This document shows, piece after piece, positions 7,468 through 17,015 of a stretch of DNA of 24,000 bases. The stretch covers positions 68,540 to 92,539 of the forward strand of contig JBEPZX010000003.1 of the NCBI GenBank assembly GCA_041640635.1. Direction: 5' to 3'. The position numbers were made by a program, and so were the translations under genes. A model generated the notes under the pieces. It was not told the origin of the DNA and searched no databases. It saw nothing but the letters and a program-made list of their open reading frames with translations. How positions within the stretch are numbered: position 1 is the stretch's first letter; every line of letters begins with the position of its first letter. The DNA is from Aquificaceae bacterium (GTDB lineage Bacteria; Aquificota; Aquificia; Aquificales; Aquificaceae).

Positions 7468-9909
7468 ATGTTTGAGAAGTTCACAGAAAAGGCAAGACAA
7501 ATTATTCTACAAGCAAGGGAAGAGGCCTTAGAGCTAGGCCATACCTATTTAGGTAGTGAACATATTCTTCTAGCCTTAATAAAGGAAGAGGATCTACCTT
7601 CATTGGTTCTTTCTAAATTTGGGCTTTCTACCGATAAAGTTAGAAGAGCTATAATGGGCCAGATTACTAGAGGCTCTCACTCAGGTGAGATACTGTTTGC
7701 TCCTGATGCAAAAAGAGTAATAGAGTTTGCCGTAGAAGAGGCAAGGATACTTCACCACCAATTTGTAGGTCCAGAACACTTGCTCATTGGTGTCATAAGA
7801 GAAAAAACGGGACTTGGTGGTAGGATACTCAGAGGTTTTGGATTAGACGAGTATTCAATAAGAAGAGAGATTCTCCAAATTCTTGGAGAGCTACCTCCTC
7901 AAGAAAGTGTAAAACAAGCTCCAACTCCCAACCTTGACAGATTCTCCAGGGATCTAACACAGATTGCAAGGGAAGGTAAACTCGACCCGGTCATAGGAAG
8001 GGATAGAGAGATAGAAAGAGTAATCCAAATTTTGGTAAGACGTAGGAAGAATAACCCTGTTTTACTTGGAGATCCAGGTGTAGGTAAGACCGCCATAGTA
8101 GAAGGTCTTGCGCAGAGGATAGCCAACAAAGAAGTCCCCGAACCACTTCTCAACAAGAGAGTTGTAGCTTTGGATCTTGCAGCTTTGGTTGCTGGTACCA
8201 AATACAGAGGTCAGTTTGAAGAGAGACTAAAAAGCATTCTCAAGGAGCTAGAGAAAGCCCCTAACGTCATTCTTTTCATAGATGAAATTCATACATTAGT
8301 AGGTGCTGGCTCAGCGGAAGGATCTATAGATGCATCCAATATGCTAAAGCCTGCACTGGCACGTGGTGAGGTTCAGGTCATAGGTGCCACAACCCTTGAC
8401 GAATACAGAAAGTATATAGAAAAGGATGGAGCCTTAGAGAGAAGATTTCAACCCGTCATAGTAGATCAGCCAACGGAAGAGGACACCATAAAGATCTTAT
8501 ACGGACTGAAGCACAAGTTTGAGGAGTTTCACGGTGTGGAGTACACACCAGAGGCTATAGAAAAAGCGGTAAGCTTATCCGTCCGTTACATAACAGATAG
8601 AAACCTACCTGACAAAGCTATAGACGTATTGGATGAATCTGGATCTCTTGTAAAGCTCAGATCTTACGAACAACCTGCACAAATAAAAGAGCTTGAAGCC
8701 AAGATAAAGGAACTAGAGCTCCAAAGGGAGGAAGCTGCAAGTGATCAAGACTATGAAAAAGCTGCGAGACTAAGGGACGAAGAACTTAAATTAAGAGCAA
8801 AGTTGGAAAACTTAAAGAGCAAGTGGAAGCAAGAAATGCTTCAAAATAGACCTAAGGTTACACAAGAGGATATAGCTGAAGTAATTTCAAAATGGACTGG
8901 TATACCTGTAAAGCGAGTGCACGAAAGCGATATGGAAAAACTTCTACACATAGAAGAGGAGTTAAAGAAACGTGTTGTCGGTCAGAGTGATGCCATAAAA
9001 GCTGTAGCGAAAGCCATAAGAAGGTCAAGAGTTGGATTAAAAGGTGTGCACAGACCAATAGGTGTGTTCCTGTTCTTGGGTCCTACAGGTGTTGGTAAGA
9101 CGGAAACGGCAAAGGCTTTAGCTGAGTACCTCTTTGGGACAGAAGATGCATTGGTAAGATTCGATATGTCCGAATACATGGAAAAGCATACAGTATCTAG
9201 ACTTGTAGGCGCACCTCCAGGATACGTGGGTTATGAAGAAGGTGGCCAGTTAACGGAAAAGGTAAGGAGAAGACCCTATTCTGTATTACTCTTTGATGAA
9301 ATAGAAAAGGCTCACCCAGATGTTTTTAACATATTCTTGCAAATATTCGACGATGGAAGGTTAACAGATGCCATGGGAAGAACTGTAGATTTCTCAAACA
9401 CCATAATAATCATGACATCCAACCTGGGTGCTAGACTCATAACCTACGGTAACACTATGGGATTTGAAAAGAAGTTTGGAATGATAGATTTTGAACAGAT
9501 GAAAAAGAACATAATGGACCAGGTTAAAAAAGCATTCAATCCTGAGTTTCTGAACAGGCTGGATGAGATAATAGTCTACAGACCTCTAGAGAAAGAAGAT
9601 ATATCAAAGATATTGGATATTCAACTGCGAGAGATTAATAAGAAGTTGAAAGAGTGGAATATTGAGGTAAAACTCCATAGCAGCTTTGTAGATTGGATAA
9701 TAGACAAAGAGTATAAGCCAGAATACGGTGCAAGAAGCATAAAGAGATCACTACAACATCATGTAGAGGACTTGCTAGCGGAGGAGTTACTAAAAGGCAC
9801 TCTTAAAGATACGCACACAGTGGAAATAAGAATAAAGGATGATAAGCCGTATATAAAACCTATAAAGAGTAAGGTTAAAGGAAAATTGAGTGCACTTGGC
9901 ACAGGGTAA
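7468..9909 (+). CDS. clpC: ATP-dependent Clp protease ATP-binding subunit, ClpC type (class I AAA+)
   Basis: 813 aa. It has a duplicated Clp_N repeat ([15 protein letters not shown] / [11 protein letters not shown]) and two Walker A motifs ([18 protein letters not shown]). A short middle domain carries the UVR-like [12 protein letters not shown], and an MGF tripeptide loop in D2 suggests ClpP docking. AAGGAGA lies 7 nt upstream of the ATG. Confidence 0.9.
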   Translation: MFEKFTEKARQIILQAREEALELGHTYLGSEHILLALIKEEDLPSLVLSKFGLSTDKVRRAIMGQITRGSHSGEILFAPDAKRVIEFAVEEARILHHQFVGPEHLLIGVIREKTGLGGRILRGFGLDEYSIRREILQILGELPPQESVKQAPTPNLDRFSRDLTQIAREGKLDPVIGRDREIERVIQILVRRRKNNPVLLGDPGVGKTAIVEGLAQRIANKEVPEPLLNKRVVALDLAALVAGTKYRGQFEERLKSILKELEKAPNVILFIDEIHTLVGAGSAEGSIDASNMLKPALARGEVQVIGATTLDEYRKYIEKDGALERRFQPVIVDQPTEEDTIKILYGLKHKFEEFHGVEYTPEAIEKAVSLSVRYITDRNLPDKAIDVLDESGSLVKLRSYEQPAQIKELEAKIKELELQREEAASDQDYEKAARLRDEELKLRAKLENLKSKWKQEMLQNRPKVTQEDIAEVISKWTGIPVKRVHESDMEKLLHIEEELKKRVVGQSDAIKAVAKAIRRSRVGLKGVHRPIGVFLFLGPTGVGKTETAKALAEYLFGTEDALVRFDMSEYMEKHTVSRLVGAPPGYVGYEEGGQLTEKVRRRPYSVLLFDEIEKAHPDVFNIFLQIFDDGRLTDAMGRTVDFSNTIIIMTSNLGARLITYGNTMGFEKKFGMIDFEQMKKNIMDQVKKAFNPEFLNRLDEIIVYRPLEKEDISKILDIQLREINKKLKEWNIEVKLHSSFVDWIIDKEYKPEYGARSIKRSLQHHVEDLLAEELLKGTLKDTHTVEIRIKDDKPYIKPIKSKVKGKLSALGTG

Positions 9910-9936
9910 GCCTCAGCTTGCCCTTCCCAATTTTTT
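9903..9936 (+). terminator. Candidate intrinsic terminator of clpC
   Basis: An 8-bp stem pairs 9903-9910 (AGGGTAAG) with 9917-9924 (CTTGCCCT), with one G-U pair and a 6-nt loop. It spans the clpC stop codon. A T6 run at 9931-9936 follows, but only after a 6-nt gap, so the geometry is not canonical. Confidence 0.3.
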
Positions 9937-10127
9937 CTTAAGCCATTTTTTCAAAACCTTTATCAAAGTAAGAATTTCAAGTTTGGCTAAAGTTAGGTTA
10001 ATGTCCTATAGTCATTTTTTTATTCATTTTTAAGTTTTGGGAGCCTTCTCAACTAAGAATATCATAAGCCGACTTACGATACATTAATGCAGATTACAAT
10101 AAGTCATAATAAATTTGATATCACTCT

Positions 10128-10865
10128 CTAAAACATTGGTATATATCTCCTAACCTTTTCTACTTCCTTTAGGTCTATATCTGCGCTTATGAGAAGTTCT
10201 TCATCAGCGGTGTAAGCCATTATATTTCCCCATGGATCCACTATGGATGAGCTTCCTGCGTACTCTTCATCACCCGTTTTTCCACATGCATTGGAAAGTA
10301 TTAAGTAAGATTGCGTTTCTACAGCTCTAGCTTGTGTTAAGATCTTTAGGTGATGACTTCTTCTAGCGCCCCACATGGAAGGTATGAGTATTATTTGTGC
10401 GCCATTTTTTCTTAGTTCTTCAAATATACTACAGAACCTAAGCTCAAAGCATATGGCAACGCCTATTTTCCCGTATTTTGTATCAAATACTAAGTTTTGT
10501 GTTCCCTGATTAAAGTATACATGTTCGTTGTATATAGGAAAAAGCTTTATTTTGTCCCTCTTTCCAATAATCTTACCATCTAACAGGATGATTGCTGTGT
10601 TATAAAGTTTCCCCTCTTCCAAAGTTGGGTATGTGCCTACCACTAAGATGCTTTTTTCTTTAGAAATCCTGGATATTTGGTCCAGAACTTCCCATGTTCT
10701 TTGTGCATGTTTTGCCATATTTGGGTAATCAAAACCACACATAAACATCTCTGGGAGAACAACCAAGGCCCCTTCTTGTATGGCTCCTAGAGCTTTCAAT
10801 ACTTTTTCGACGTTTTTTTCTATGTTTCCGAGTTCTACGTTAAATTGAAAGGAATAGGCTCTCAT
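10128..10865 (-). CDS. Carbon-nitrogen hydrolase family protein (nitrilase superfamily amidohydrolase)
   Basis: 245 aa. Glu-Lys-Cys triad contexts are present: VVLPEMF, RDKIKLF, and GVAICFELRF with the nucleophile Cys. The size is typical of the family. Confidence 0.85.
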   Translation of the reverse strand: MRAYSFQFNVELGNIEKNVEKVLKALGAIQEGALVVLPEMFMCGFDYPNMAKHAQRTWEVLDQISRISKEKSILVVGTYPTLEEGKLYNTAIILLDGKIIGKRDKIKLFPIYNEHVYFNQGTQNLVFDTKYGKIGVAICFELRFCSIFEELRKNGAQIILIPSMWGARRSHHLKILTQARAVETQSYLILSNACGKTGDEEYAGSSSIVDPWGNIMAYTADEELLISADIDLKEVEKVRRYIPMF

Positions 10866-10872
10866 TAATTAT

Positions 10873-10878
10873 TAAAAT
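10873..10878 (+). promoter_or_regulatory. -10-like TAAAAT box 7 nt upstream of the symporter ATG
   Basis: The sequence is attAAAATttaaagcATG, inside a 20-bp divergent spacer. There is no Shine-Dalgarno sequence and no -35 element at a 16-18 nt spacing. Confidence 0.35.
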
Positions 10879-10885
10879 TTAAAGC

Positions 10886-12280
10886 ATGCTTGCAATTTTT
10901 GTGCTTGTATACCTATTTGTTACTTTGATAATAGGTTACTTGGCAAGTAAGCTTGTAAAAAATTCCAAAGACTTTTTACTTGCGGGAAGAAACCTACCTT
11001 TAAGTATCTCCGTATTTGCTTTGTTTGCCACATGGTTTGGTGCAGAAACGGTTCTGGGAGCCTCTTCTAAGATGGCAAAGGAAGGTCTATACGGCGTAAT
11101 AGAAGATCCATTCGGTGCAGCTCTATGTTTAATTTTGGTGGGTCTCTTTTTTGCAAAGAGGCTTTACAAACTCAATATATTGACCTTTGGAGATTTTTAC
11201 AAACTATACTACGGGAGAAAGGTTGAGGTGGTAGCTAGCATAATGTTGGCTATGTCTTACTTTGGATGGATAGCTGCTCAGATGGTAGCAATAGGAATAA
11301 TCGCTCAAATTTCGTTAGGTGTATCCAAAGAAATAGGGCTATTGATTGGTTTCTCTGTGGTGGTGTTTTACACCTTTTTGGGTGGTATGTGGGCAGTATC
11401 TTTAAATGATGCCATACAAACTATCTTTATAATTGTAGGCTTATCAGTTGCACTCTACCAAATATCTAGTGGTTCTGATTCCATCTTTTCCATTTTGTCT
11501 AATCAACCTAGCGAGTATTATAAATTTTTCCCAGACCTTAACACAAAAGACATTCTTCTTTATATATCCTCATGGATAGTTATAGGACTTGGCTCTATAC
11601 CACAGCAAGATATTTTCCAGAGGGTTATGTCGGCACGATCCGAGAGAGTGGCGGTATTGTCTAGTATATTGGCAGGTTTTATGTATTTGAGCGTAGCTTT
11701 TATACCTTTAACTTTGGCTGTTATTGCAAAGGCTAAACACCCAGAGCTTCTGGACTCCGATGCTCAGTTAATGCTCCCTACGTTGATTTTGAACTATACT
11801 GGTGTTTTTACTCAAATACTCTTCTTTGGTGCTCTGTTTTCTGCCATAATGAGTACAGCGAGCGGTGCCGTCCTTGCCTCATCTTCCGTAATAGGTGAAA
11901 ATTTGGTAAGACCACTCCTAAAAATAGACTCAGACAGAGTTTTTTTATGGGTAGTTAGGATTTGTATATTGTTTGTATCCCTTATATCACTACTTTTCGC
12001 CTTTGTTGGGGAGTCCATATACGAGTTGGTAGCCAGCTCCTCTGCCTTAAGTTTGGTATCTCTGTTTATACCTATGGTGGGTGCCATGTTCTTTGGTGTA
12101 AGAGATTCCAAGAGAGCAATGCTCAGTATAGTATCGGGTTTCTCTGTTTGGGTTGTGTTAGAGTACGTATTTTCATGGGATCTAGCGCTTTTAGCTGGAT
12201 TAGCTGCAAGCTTTATTTCCTTTGCTGCGTACAAGCTTACGAGTAAGCTAATTAGCAAAGTACTCATATTGAAATTATGA
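10886..12280 (+). CDS. Sodium:solute symporter family (SSF/SSS) transporter
   Basis: 464 aa and polytopic. The N-terminal SSF signature is FLLAGRNLPLSISVFALFATWFGAETVLGAS. About 12-13 hydrophobic segments. The substrate is not assignable. Confidence 0.85.
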   Translation: MLAIFVLVYLFVTLIIGYLASKLVKNSKDFLLAGRNLPLSISVFALFATWFGAETVLGASSKMAKEGLYGVIEDPFGAALCLILVGLFFAKRLYKLNILTFGDFYKLYYGRKVEVVASIMLAMSYFGWIAAQMVAIGIIAQISLGVSKEIGLLIGFSVVVFYTFLGGMWAVSLNDAIQTIFIIVGLSVALYQISSGSDSIFSILSNQPSEYYKFFPDLNTKDILLYISSWIVIGLGSIPQQDIFQRVMSARSERVAVLSSILAGFMYLSVAFIPLTLAVIAKAKHPELLDSDAQLMLPTLILNYTGVFTQILFFGALFSAIMSTASGAVLASSSVIGENLVRPLLKIDSDRVFLWVVRICILFVSLISLLFAFVGESIYELVASSSALSLVSLFIPMVGAMFFGVRDSKRAMLSIVSGFSVWVVLEYVFSWDLALLAGLAASFISFAAYKLTSKLISKVLILKL

Positions 12281-12289
12281 ATTTCCCGC

Positions 12290-12868
12290 TTAGTCTTTTA
12301 CTAATTGTTGAATTATATGTCTAAAATTTTGTGGATTAATCAGTTTTATTCCTACTCTGTCTGCCCATTTTCTCAGACCTTCATCCCCAGATACCAAAAT
12401 ACCATCCAATTCGTAAGCCAAAAGCAAAACATCCACGTCTTCTTTGCTATCTATGATACCAGTTCTTAATGCTTCTCTATATTTTTCTCTTAGCTTATTT
12501 ATCAGTTTACCTACTTCTTCCTGTGTTAATTTGCCTGCTTCTTTTGTGTACTCTTCTGCAATTCTTAACCCCTTGTTTATTCTGTGTCTGACCTCTTCGA
12601 TAAACTCATATAAGAACTCCGCGGGAACTAACAGGTTGAACCTTCTTGGTGATCTTACCCTAACGACGAGTTCAAACTTTGCGGAAAGGCTACCTAAATC
12701 TACCATTTTAAGCAACTCGTCGTATACAGAGGATGGCATATAAAACTCGCACTTAGTATGAGCAGCCAAGGAAACAAACGTTTCTATAGCCCCTATTTTA
12801 TCTTCTTCAAACTGAGAGTAGATATCTGGGTTCGTGAATACGCTTGTATCTAAAACAAACCTTTCCAT
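12290..12868 (-). CDS. HARP-type protein-only RNase P (PIN-domain protein, Aq_880 / 'RNA ligase partner MJ_0950' family)
   Basis: 192 aa. It has the N-terminal PIN motif [11 protein letters not shown], a central [28 protein letters not shown], and a C-terminal acidic block [29 protein letters not shown]. Size and sequence track my recollection of A. aeolicus Aq_880. AAGAGG lies 5 nt upstream of the ATG. Confidence 0.78.
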   Translation of the reverse strand: MERFVLDTSVFTNPDIYSQFEEDKIGAIETFVSLAAHTKCEFYMPSSVYDELLKMVDLGSLSAKFELVVRVRSPRRFNLLVPAEFLYEFIEEVRHRINKGLRIAEEYTKEAGKLTQEEVGKLINKLREKYREALRTGIIDSKEDVDVLLLAYELDGILVSGDEGLRKWADRVGIKLINPQNFRHIIQQLVKD

Positions 12869-12877
12869 TTTACCTCT

Positions 12878-13714
12878 TTAGAGTTCATCGCTAAATACTT
12901 TTTCTGGTATATCCACCTTTATTATATTGGCTTCTTTCCCTAGCCTAAGTAGAAGCCTTACAGCTCTTCTTCCATCTTCTCCGTAATCTATGGTTCTTTG
13001 ATTTACGTACATGCTCACAAACCTTTTTGTTTTCTCTTCACTTTCCTTTATATCTCTTGCATACTCTTTGGCGTATTCCAGTGCCATATCCATATGGTTG
13101 ATGGCATACTCTACGCTCTCTCTCATTAGCTTTTCTATTTTTCTTATGGTTTCTTTCCCTAAGTCTTTTCTCACTACGTTACATCCCAAAGGCAAAACGA
13201 GTCCGTACTTTTCTTTCCACCACTGTCCCAAATCTACAACCTTTGTAAGTCCTCTGTCTAAGTAAGACAACTGCCCTTCGTGTATCACAAGACCCGCATC
13301 GACTTGTCCCCTTAGGACGTAGTCCATCACCTGATCAAAAGGAACAACTACTTCTTCAAATTCAGGCTCGTAAAGCTTGAGTACCAAAAAAGCCGTCGTC
13401 AATGTTCCTGGAACGGCTACCCTTTTGCCTTTTATACTTTCTAGCTTTTCTTTTGCAACTACGATAGGACCGTATCCATCACCTACGCTTCCACCGCTTG
13501 GTAATACTAAGTACTTGTCAGCCACGTAAGGGTAAGCATGAAAAGAGATAGCTGAGACTTCGTATGTGCCTTTTAGTGCTTCTCTGTTAAGTGTTTCTAT
13601 ATCTGCAAGCACATGCTCTATCTGCAGACCTTGAGTATCTATTTTTCCACTTACCAAAGGATAAAACATGAAGGCATCATCTGAGTCAGGGCTATGTGCT
13701 ATTCTTATCTTCAT
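12878..13714 (-). CDS. MqnA/MqnD-family protein (VitK2_biosynth, periplasmic-binding-protein-like fold), possibly in futalosine-pathway menaquinone synthesis
   Basis: 278 aa. The N-terminal IRIAHSPDSDDAFMFYPL resembles the HSPCPND(T)F-type start of MqnD-like proteins, and the length and the later VIHEGQL motif fit. The subfamily assignment is uncertain. Confidence 0.55.
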   Translation of the reverse strand: MKIRIAHSPDSDDAFMFYPLVSGKIDTQGLQIEHVLADIETLNREALKGTYEVSAISFHAYPYVADKYLVLPSGGSVGDGYGPIVVAKEKLESIKGKRVAVPGTLTTAFLVLKLYEPEFEEVVVPFDQVMDYVLRGQVDAGLVIHEGQLSYLDRGLTKVVDLGQWWKEKYGLVLPLGCNVVRKDLGKETIRKIEKLMRESVEYAINHMDMALEYAKEYARDIKESEEKTKRFVSMYVNQRTIDYGEDGRRAVRLLLRLGKEANIIKVDIPEKVFSDEL

Positions 13715-14681
13715 TTTTCTTCTCCTTTACAAGTTGTGGTAATTTAAGAAGATGGATGTAGATCCTTTTCCACTTGCTCCACTCTATAGCTGGAAGGTTT
13801 GCACCGTAGGTTTTTCCTGGTTCCAAATCGCTCGCTACTCCTGACTTAGCTGCTACCGTTACATTATCCCCTATTTTTATATGATCTGCAACTCCCACCT
13901 GTCCCGCAAGAACTACATTTTCCCCCGTTTTTACGCTTCCAGACAGCCCTACCTGACTAACTATAATGTTATTTTTCCCAATTCTGCAGTTGTGTCCAAT
14001 CATAACAAGATTATCTATCTTGGTGTTTTCCTTTACCATTGTTGAATCTATCAAAGCTCTGTCTATGGTAGTGTTTGCACCTATCTCTACGTAATCTTCT
14101 ATGACTACATTCCCTATGTGATTAAGCTTTATTATTCCCTCTTTCCCTATGTAGTAACCAAAGCCATCGGCACCAATTACACTGCCAGAGTGAATTCTTA
14201 CTCCTTTGCCTATTACACACCTAGAGTATATATGCACTCCGCTAAATACTACGCTGTTTTCTCCTATTACAGTGTAGTCACCTATGTAAGAAAAGGGGTA
14301 TATTTTTACGTTATCTCCAAGCCTTACACCATCACCAACGTAAACAAAGGGTCCTATGTATACACCTTCCCCAATTTCTACAGCTTTTCCTATATGAGCT
14401 TTTTCTGATATACCTACAGGATGTACTTCAGGATATAGCAGGTTCAAAGTCTTTGCTAAGGCTAACTTAACATTATCAACCAATAGATAAGTTTCTCTAG
14501 ATATTTCGGCGCTTACAACAGGAACGCAGCTTGGTGATAAGGTCTGGGCATCCATAGGATGATAGCAAAACACCAATGTATTTTCCTTTGGATTTTCTAC
14601 AGAGGAAATTCCACAAATATGTATATCTTCTTTTCCAATTAGCCTAGCATCAATCTCTTTAGCTATTCTGGTGAGCTTCAT
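13692..14681 (-). CDS. lpxD: UDP-3-O-acylglucosamine N-acyltransferase
   Basis: 329 aa. An LpxD-type N-terminal domain (IAKEIDARLIGKEDIHICGISSVENPKENTLVF) is followed by a long run of hexapeptide repeats and a C-terminal helical tail. It sits immediately downstream of skp, the classical arrangement. Confidence 0.9.
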   Translation of the reverse strand: MKLTRIAKEIDARLIGKEDIHICGISSVENPKENTLVFCYHPMDAQTLSPSCVPVVSAEISRETYLLVDNVKLALAKTLNLLYPEVHPVGISEKAHIGKAVEIGEGVYIGPFVYVGDGVRLGDNVKIYPFSYIGDYTVIGENSVVFSGVHIYSRCVIGKGVRIHSGSVIGADGFGYYIGKEGIIKLNHIGNVVIEDYVEIGANTTIDRALIDSTMVKENTKIDNLVMIGHNCRIGKNNIIVSQVGLSGSVKTGENVVLAGQVGVADHIKIGDNVTVAAKSGVASDLEPGKTYGANLPAIEWSKWKRIYIHLLKLPQLVKEKKNEDKNST

Positions 14682-15163
14682 TTAATTTGGTCGAGTTTGG
14701 ATGTTACTTCACTGGTTATATCTAGTTGAGGGTCCATATAAACAAAAGCATTACAATCTAAGATACCTGTATAGCCTTTCTGCTTAGCAATATCCACAGA
14801 TATTTTCTTTAGGTTATCAAAAAGTTCTTTCTCTAGTTGCGTTTTAAGTTCTGCGAGTTCTCTGTTGGCTTTGTTTTGTAGTTCAAATCCTTTACTTTCC
14901 AACTGCTGATACTCTTTTATTTTTTGTTCTCTTGCTTGCTGAGTTATAGCTTTACTCTCTACTTGCTTTTTCAGTTCTTCAAGCTTTTTATTTATCTCAT
15001 CCAGCTGTTTTTGGTACTCTTGAGCTTTAGAAGTGAGCACAGACTGTTTTTGTTTTACAAACTGGGATTCAGTCATTAACTTGGCTGAGTCAATGCAGGC
15101 GAACTTCTGTTGTGCAAAAGTAATGGTACCAAGTAGAAGCAACCCTAAGAATACTTTTTTCAT
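14678..15163 (-). CDS. skp: Periplasmic chaperone Skp (OmpH family)
   Basis: 161 aa. A signal peptide (MKKVFLGLLLLGTITFAQQ) precedes a Lys/Glu/Gln-rich coiled-coil body. It sits upstream of lpxD with an ATGA overlap. AGGAGG lies upstream of the ATG. Confidence 0.75.
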   Translation of the reverse strand: MKKVFLGLLLLGTITFAQQKFACIDSAKLMTESQFVKQKQSVLTSKAQEYQKQLDEINKKLEELKKQVESKAITQQAREQKIKEYQQLESKGFELQNKANRELAELKTQLEKELFDNLKKISVDIAKQKGYTGILDCNAFVYMDPQLDITSEVTSKLDQIK

Positions 15164-15184
15164 AATCTGAACCTCCTAAGCTTA

Positions 15185-16414
15185 TTATACAACCTTTTCC
15201 AAGATGTATTTGGGTTTAGTCTTATTCTTAACGGTTTCTTCGTCTACGATGACCTTTTGGACGTTTAAAAGAGATGGCACATGATACATAATGTCTGTCA
15301 TTATTTCTTCCATAATGGCTCTGAGTCCTCTCGCTCCTGTTTTTCTTCTTATTGCCTCTTTTGCTATATACCTTATGGCTTCTTCTGTGAACTCAAGCTC
15401 TACACCGTCCATTTCTAGTAGCTTTTGGTACTGCTTTACAAGAGCATTCTTTGGCTCAACGAGTATACGAACAAGGTCATCTTCTGAAAGTTCGTTAAGT
15501 ACCGCTATAACTGGTAATCTTCCTATGAACTCTGGTATTAGACCAAAATGTACCAAGTCATCTGGTTCTACCAGTTCTATTACGTTTTGATCTTGAATAC
15601 TCTTACTTATGGCTGATTCGAAACCAACAACAGATTTTCCTAGCCTCCTTTTTATTATTTCATCCAAACCTACAAAAGCACCCCCGCATATAAAGAGTAT
15701 GTTGGTTGTATCTACCTGTATAAACTCCTGATGAGGGTGTTTCCTACCACCTTGTGGTGGCACGTTGGCTATGGTTCCCTCTATAATCTTTAGAAGTGCC
15801 TGCTGTACACCTTCACCAGATACGTCTCTGGTAATTGAGGGGTTTATGCCTGACTTTTTGGCTATCTTGTCTATTTCGTCTATGTAAACTATACCCTTTT
15901 GGGCGAGTTTAACGTCGTAACCACAGTTTTGAAGAAGCCTCACTAAAACGTTTTCTACGTCTTCACCTACGTAACCTGCTTCCGTCAAAGAAGTGGCATC
16001 GGCTATGGCAAAAGGCACGTTCAGGAGCTTGGCTAACGTTTTTGCAAGCAAAGTCTTACCGGAACCTGTAGGACCTATTAAAAGAATATTGCTTTTTTCT
16101 ATATCTACATCGTGTACACTTAACCCAAGTTCCTTGGCTCTTATGCGCTTGTAATGGTTGTAAACAGCTACAGATAGTATCTTTTTTGCTTTTTCTTGAC
16201 CTATTATGTATTCATCCAACGCTTTCTTTATCTGTTCTGGTTTGGGAACACTTTCAAGTTCTTTGTGTTTATACTGTGAAATTTGTTCCTTAACGATGGA
16301 GTTGCAAGCTTCTACGCACCTGTCACATATATGTACATTGTTAGGTCCAGCTATCAATACCAAAACTTCGTCCTGTGATCTACCACAGAAGGAACAGTGA
16401 TTTTTAGTCTTCAT
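15185..16414 (-). CDS. clpX: ATP-dependent Clp protease ATP-binding subunit ClpX
   Basis: 409 aa. It has the N-terminal zinc-binding [11 protein letters not shown]...CDRCVEAC, Walker A GPTGSGKT, the Walker B DEIDKI, and the IGF-loop-region motif VGF. Confidence 0.95.
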   Translation of the reverse strand: MKTKNHCSFCGRSQDEVLVLIAGPNNVHICDRCVEACNSIVKEQISQYKHKELESVPKPEQIKKALDEYIIGQEKAKKILSVAVYNHYKRIRAKELGLSVHDVDIEKSNILLIGPTGSGKTLLAKTLAKLLNVPFAIADATSLTEAGYVGEDVENVLVRLLQNCGYDVKLAQKGIVYIDEIDKIAKKSGINPSITRDVSGEGVQQALLKIIEGTIANVPPQGGRKHPHQEFIQVDTTNILFICGGAFVGLDEIIKRRLGKSVVGFESAISKSIQDQNVIELVEPDDLVHFGLIPEFIGRLPVIAVLNELSEDDLVRILVEPKNALVKQYQKLLEMDGVELEFTEEAIRYIAKEAIRRKTGARGLRAIMEEIMTDIMYHVPSLLNVQKVIVDEETVKNKTKPKYILEKVV

Positions 16415-16415
16415 G

Positions 16416-17015
16416 TTACTCTCTCTTCTGTATAACTTTATCCACTATGCCGTACTGGCGTGCCTCTTCAGCAGACATAAAGTAATCTCTTTCTACATCG
16501 TTTTGAATTTTCTCTAAAGGTTGCCCTGTATGTTTTGCGAGTATTGAGTTAAGTATATTTTTAATTCTCTTTATTTCTTCAGCGTGTATGATTATGTCGG
16601 TTGCTTGACCGCTTATACCGCCTAGTGGTTGATGTATCATTATTCGAGCGTTAGGCAAAGCATACCTTTTGCCAGGTGCGCCAGCAGCTAACAAAACAGC
16701 CCCCATAGAAGCCGCTTGTCCTATACAGATAGTCACAACGTTAGGTTTTATATACTGCATTGTGTCGTAAATAGCCATGCCTGCTGTTACAGAACCACCT
16801 GGAGAGTTTATGTAAAGGTAGATATCTTTTTCTGGATCCTGGGCTTCCAAAAACAGAAGCTGAGCAACGATCAAATTAGCTACATGATCGTCTATGGGAA
16901 ATCCCAGTAAAACTATCCTATCCTGCAGGAGCCTTGAGTATATGTCGTAAGCTCTTTCGCCCCTTGGTGTTTGTTCGATAACAATTGGAACGAGCTGATT
17001 AAGTATGTCCTTCAT
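16416..17015 (-). CDS. clpP: ATP-dependent Clp protease proteolytic subunit ClpP
   Basis: 199 aa. It carries [23 protein letters not shown], the catalytic Ser context GQAASMGA, and IMIHQP. Confidence 0.95.
   Translation of the reverse strand: MKDILNQLVPIVIEQTPRGERAYDIYSRLLQDRIVLLGFPIDDHVANLIVAQLLFLEAQDPEKDIYLYINSPGGSVTAGMAIYDTMQYIKPNVVTICIGQAASMGAVLLAAGAPGKRYALPNARIMIHQPLGGISGQATDIIIHAEEIKRIKNILNSILAKHTGQPLEKIQNDVERDYFMSAEEARQYGIVDKVIQKRE

Noticed and set aside
7468-9909. The 813-aa AAA+ protein as the ClpB disaggregase
   Set aside because: The middle domain is short and UVR-type rather than the long ClpB coiled coil. An MGF ClpP-docking tripeptide is present in D2.
9995-10110. Mini-ORFs in the clpC/hydrolase spacer (MSYSHFFIHF on the plus strand and a 7-codon ORF on the minus strand)
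   Set aside because: They are too short, lack an SD and are not distinguishable from chance in AT-rich DNA.
11812-12267. A 151-aa minus-strand ORF and a 94-aa plus-strand alternate-frame ORF inside the symporter gene
   Set aside because: They are fully nested in a well-supported polytopic transporter gene. They have no SD or promoter and a shadow-like composition.
12290-12868. The PIN-domain gene as a VapC toxin of a toxin-antitoxin pair
   Set aside because: No small upstream or overlapping antitoxin ORF is present. At 192 aa the protein is larger than typical VapC, and its sequence follows the HARP (Aq_880) pattern.
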